From assembly GCA_958009085.1 (NCBI GenBank), contig OY253669.1, positions 1,364,001 to 1,428,000 on the forward strand: a DNA stretch of 64,000 nt, read 5' to 3'. Made by a program: the position numbers and the translations under genes. The notes under the pieces were generated by a model. It saw only the letters and a program-made list of their open reading frames with translations, was not told the DNA's origin and searched no databases. This stretch comes from Protoeuglena noctilucae. Taxonomy: Eukaryota. Shown in pieces: positions 59,901-64,000 of the stretch. Within the stretch, counting starts at the first letter, position 1, and every line of letters starts with the position of its first letter.

Positions 59901-61834
59901 GGAGGACGAGCGGAAGAAGCATGTGATGGGGGAGGAGGCGTTTGAGACGGCCAGGCACATCGCGGAATTGAACCGGCAGCAGGAGTTGGAGGAGGAGAGG
60001 TGAGGGGTGGGGATAGAGAGGGAGAGAGAGGCTAGAGAGACGGGACAGGTGAGGGGTGGAGAATAGGGAAGACAGGTGTGTGAAAGGTGAGAGAGGGACC
60101 GAACGTGCTGCAGATGGGCAGGGATAGGGCCGCACCTTGTTTGGGGGTATCCGATCACTCGAGGTGACGGGTTGCGCACACCGCATGGTCGGTTGAACGT
60201 GGCAAGTCGCTAAACGTCGCTCGCGCCCCTGTCTCTGGCGCAGACAGTTCCAGGAGCAGCTGCGTCAGGCGGCAGAGGAGTCGAAGCGGCAGCACGAGAA
60301 GGAGATGGAGTGGAGGCGCATGGCGAACCTGCCTGTGCCCGAGGGATGGAGCGTGACGGACGACGCGACGCCCGCGGCCCCAGGTGTGTCGCGACTCGAG
60401 TTCAGTCTGGGGACTCCCATTTCTGATATGGCTAGAGCGCCGCTGCGGGTTGGCATGGCCGTGGTTGCCATCATGTCATGAGGCTCGCTGCCCCGCACTA
60501 ACAACGCAACTAGATTTTATCTAGCAGTATCGTTACCATGTTCCATGCTCTTCTCGTGTGCGCTCGCAGCGGACCCGCCCCACCACATCGACCCTGCGCT
60601 GGTTGAGGAGGACCGACGAGCGCGGGAGGCGGCGGGCGGGTGGCAGACGCAGCCGCAGCAGCCGTACGCGCCCGCATCGCAGGCCGCGTCGGCCAGGGCC
60701 ACACAGCCGCCCGCTGGGGCAGCAAAGCCAGGGTCGGGAGCGGGAGTGGGGGCGTACCCATCGGCTTCGGTGAGACGGCGGGCTTTGTTTCGTTTCACAA
60801 GCATGGTGTCCTGATGGGCCCTGCATGGGCGGCATCTTAGTAACGCCCGCTCTGCACATGGTAACAGCAACCTCCATTGGTCACCCGCGCTGTCCCGTCT
60901 TTGCCTGCAGAGCGCTTATTACACGGCCGCACCCGCCCAAGCACAACCCCAATACACGGCTGCCCCTACCCAAGCACAAGCCCACTACACGTCCGCTCCT
61001 GTTCAAGCACAAGCTCACTACACGGCCGCACCTGCCCAGGCGCAAGCCCCCTACACATCCAGCCCCGCCCAAGCACAAGCTCACTACACGTCTACCCCTT
61101 CCCCAGCACCCGCCCAGCGCCACCAGGCCGCTGTCGACGCCCGCTCTCCAGCGCCCGCCGCGAGCGCCGCAAGCGCGCATGTCCCGGGATACAGCTCGCC
61201 GATCCCCACGTACCCCACCTCTACCGGCATGACAGCCCAAGAGGCGGCATGGGCGTTCCTCTTATCGCAGCAGGCTGCCATGGGGCAATCCGCTGCCAGC
61301 CAATCTGCCGGGGCAGCACCGGGTTACGGGTCGCAGTCGCTGCCGCAGGGCGCGTACGGTGCGGGTGGATGGCCCACGAGCAACGGCGGCGCGGGGGATG
61401 CGGTGTCGCAGGCCATGAGTGCTTTAGCACAGCATTGGTACGCGGGGGCAGGGGCGGCGACGGCGCAAGGGTCCATCCCGGGCCAGTCCTCGGCGCAGCT
61501 GCCCGCGGCTGTCCACTCGTCGCCCCTCGGGGTCGCGGGGCAGCACTCGGCAGCCGCGCAGATGCCTCAGGGGTGGGGCGCGCAAGGCGGGGTGGCGTAC
61601 AGCCAGCCGGGAGTCTCGCAGGGCGTTTACGCCTCTTACGGCGTTCCCACCGCCTCCGCTGGGCCCTACTTGGGTGCTGGGCAGGCGGCTAGCGCGGGCG
61701 TGGGTGCCGAGGGGCAGGAGGGGTTGCTGGCGTTGGTGGAATCGGCGGCGCAGGGCCTCCGGGGCGGCAAGGTCGAGAGCAGCACCGTGCAGGCTGCCAT
61801 CAACGCCCTGTCTCGTTTCCAGATGAATAGTTGA
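56942..61834 (+). CDS. J-domain protein with FN3-like domain, coiled coil, UIM-like helix and Tyr/Ala/Gln repeat tail
   Basis: ACEFLGL..AFRRMALKYHPDK..FKHLQAC; TSLTVVW..IPDLQPGTKYLVRTR..WSETLTVST; QFQEQLRQAAEESKRQ; about 13 introns join in frame. Confidence 0.75.
60920..61099 (+). repeat. 33-bp coding tandem repeat (~5.5 copies) encoding YT(A/S)xPxQAQxx
   Basis: TACAC units start at 60920, 60953, 60986, 61019, 61052 and 61085. Confidence 0.9.
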
Positions 61835-61944
61835 GCCAATGCCATTGGAATGCCTGTGTCGTTTGCATTGCCCATTGAAGAGTTGCCCCCGCCTGCCGAT
61901 GCCAGCAGCCAACGCACACCCGACGTTCAACGCTAGTCGGCCAG

Positions 61945-63246
61945 TCACCGCCCCGTGAACGGCCCACGCCGGCCCATCCGGCGGCGGCGCCACAGCCACC
62001 AGATCCCAGCGCCCACGGCGCCCACGGCGATCGCCCCCGCGGCCACGTACGCAGCGATGTCCGTCCCCGCCGCGCCCTGCGCCCCGGGCCGCCCCGGCGG
62101 AACCCCCGACGCCGCGCCCGGTGCCCGCCCTGCCCGCCCCTGACGCTCGCGCAGGCCCTCCTGCCCCAGCACAGACGCGGACGTCAGAGCCTCCGCGAAC
62201 GCCTCCTTGAATGCCTTCTCGTCCCGCGCGTACATCTCCACCCACTCCCGCAGGCCTGGGGAGGCAGGTGGGGCTGGTGTGGTGTGCGCGCGTCGCGCGT
62301 CACGCTCATGGACAGATGTCAGGGCAATCCACGTCCCACGGCTCACTGCGCCCGAACAAAGCGAGAGCCGGGCACAGAGGAGCGCAGTGCCTCGCCGCAC
62401 CCGGGTCCGTGAGGAGGAAAGCGCAGTGCTCTGTCCCTTGCTCCCCACGTAGCAGCGCCCGGAAGAACCCGTTGTCGATCGGCATCGGCCCCTTGTCGTC
62501 TTTGGCTGCCGTCTCGTAGGCCTGGGGGTCTTTCCACGCCGCTGCGAAGGGATGGGACCCCAGGAGAGCCACCATCAAGGCTACGGGGAGCCCGCACCGC
62601 TTTGCGGCCGCGACGACCTTCGCCGAGTCGGGCACGCCCTCCCGGACGACAGCGGAGTATCCGAGCATCCGCTGTTGAGGCGGCACGACCCGCGACTCGC
62701 GCCGGCCGGGCACGAACGCGGCACCCACGACCCCACCCGCCACGGCTGCTTCGATCCCCGCCAGGTGGATGATGTCCGAGGCCGAGAGCGTCGGCCGCTT
62801 CTCTTTGATGGCCATCAGCCACTGAACCACGTCACGCAGGCCCGCGTTCGCCTCGTAGTCGAGCGCCTTCTCGACGCGCATGGCCCCAACTGGGCCCCCC
62901 GTGCGCGTGGCCTGATCGTACGTCAGCGAGTCATTGACCGCCAGCCTGAGAAACCCCATGTGAGCGCGCGTGCCGTGCTCCTTCAGCAGCGCCTGCAGCA
63001 TCGAGCAAAAGGTGCGCCGCTGCGGGTTCCACACTCGCACTTGCCCCCCGAACGCCCCGCTCGCCCGCCACTCGCGATTCACGCAGCCATGCAACGATAA
63101 AGTCTCGCACAAATCTCCGAGGGCCCGATGCCGAGGAGCACGGCATCGGATTTGAAGGGGGAGACGTGCGAGCGCCGCACCTGCACATCGCCCCTGCACG
63201 CCTCCACCTCGGCCAAGTAGGCGTCGTCGACGGTGGGCGTTGTCAT
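61945..63246 (-). CDS. Ascorbate-peroxidase-like protein with C-terminal tail anchor; distal catalytic residues substituted
   Basis: PTVDDAYLAEV..LRLAVNDSLTYDQATRTGGPVG, ANAGL, SASDIIHLAG, FVPGRRES, ALLGSH, DNGFF, LLTDP..WVEMYARDEKAF; TM helix followed by WRRRR. Confidence 0.85.
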
Positions 63247-63666
63247 ACTGGGCAGCTATGACCCCGATGGATGGTCCGTGGCCTGGCGACGCCGTTAGCT
63301 AGCCCTGGCGCACGAGTTAAGGGGACGCGAGAGATGCAGGGAGAAGATCGGCGTTCCGTGCTATGCCCTCATGCTTCCAGCAACGCTGTTGAGGTGAGAG
63401 TGGGCAAATGTGAGCAGATACGGCTCCCGACTCGACGGCTTGCAGTGGCATCTGGCGCCACGAAATCCACTCGAGTTTCGTTGCGGCCGCGGGGAGAAGG
63501 TTGCGAGGAAATCGTGGTGTTGCTCGTTTCTATCCAGTATGTCCGCTGTCGCTGCTGGATGCCGCTACACATGCAGCCCCATGCCGTGAGGTCTTTGTTG
63601 GCTGTGCACCATCGGTCCCAAAACTTTGCGTAACTGAGTTTCGCACACGTTGTTTGGCTTTCTGCC

Positions 63667-64000
63667 ATGGGCGCGGCTCCCCGGGAGGCCTCCTCGGGCG
63701 CGAGGGGACTCGGGGAGCGCATTGTTGCCCTCTGCTGTTTGAGCCCTTCTCGCGCACGACGTCCGCACCGGCGCGTGGAAGAGAACCGGCACGAAGACAA
63801 GGAAGCGTCCGATAGAAAGGATGGTGAACCTGCGGGCCCGAGTTCCCCGACCAGGCAGCGAGCAGCGACCTCGGTGGCCAAGTCCAGCGACAAGGAGCAA
63901 GGGGACGTGCCGGAGCGCAAGCTCGGCGCCGCAAGCAGCTCCACGAGTCGCAGTCGCAACAGCCACGGCCATCGGGCGGCACAGCAGCAGGAGATGGACA
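63667..64000 (+). CDS. N-terminus of an unidentified protein running off the window
   Basis: GCC-ATG-G start, open for 111 codons to the window end (MGAAPRE..ALCCLSP..), divergent from the APX-like gene. Confidence 0.4.
   Translation, partial: MGAAPREASSGARGLGERIVALCCLSPSRARRPHRRVEENRHEDKEASDRKDGEPAGPSSPTRQRAATSVAKSSDKEQGDVPERKLGAASSSTSRSRNSHGHRAAQQQEMD

Noticed and set aside
1..64000. Alternative genetic code (TAR = Gln as in some ulvophytes)
   Set aside because: No internal TAA/TAG is needed in any exon, and TAG ends CoaE, pescadillo and the J-protein

Overview
GC-rich, gene-dense eukaryotic nuclear DNA with many short spliceosomal introns, read in the standard code. Plastid-targeted genes (KEA3, MinE, DUF2834-like) together with cilia genes (BBIP1, WDR92, DRC3) indicate a flagellated green alga; a pedinophyte-like lineage is only a guess. 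By joining exons manually I assembled about 25 protein-coding genes: malic enzyme, BBIP1, a PKA regulatory subunit, a DUF2834-like protein, SMC5, pescadillo, KEA3, RibB-like, two RING proteins, PP4R3, CoaE, WDR92, EDR2-like, a Cu P1B-ATPase, DRC3, a small ORF, ATG10, a MaoC/HTD2 dehydratase, a HEAT-repeat protein, MinE, a J-domain protein, an APX-like protein and two hypotheticals. I saw no RNA genes, transposons or CRISPR arrays. Most notable: (1) a stand-alone archaeal-type RibB with a transit peptide and altered catalytic residues; (2) a small membrane ORF in frame 18 nt upstream of ATG10 (bicistronic or readthrough candidate); (3) a U2-like AT-AC intron; (4) an unusually high frequency of GC-AG introns; (5) a tail-anchored APX pseudo-peroxidase; (6) a myristoylation-motif PKA-R; (7) repeated tandem duplications of 5' splice sites. 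Exon boundaries and family assignments are manual, from recalled motifs, and unverified by any search.
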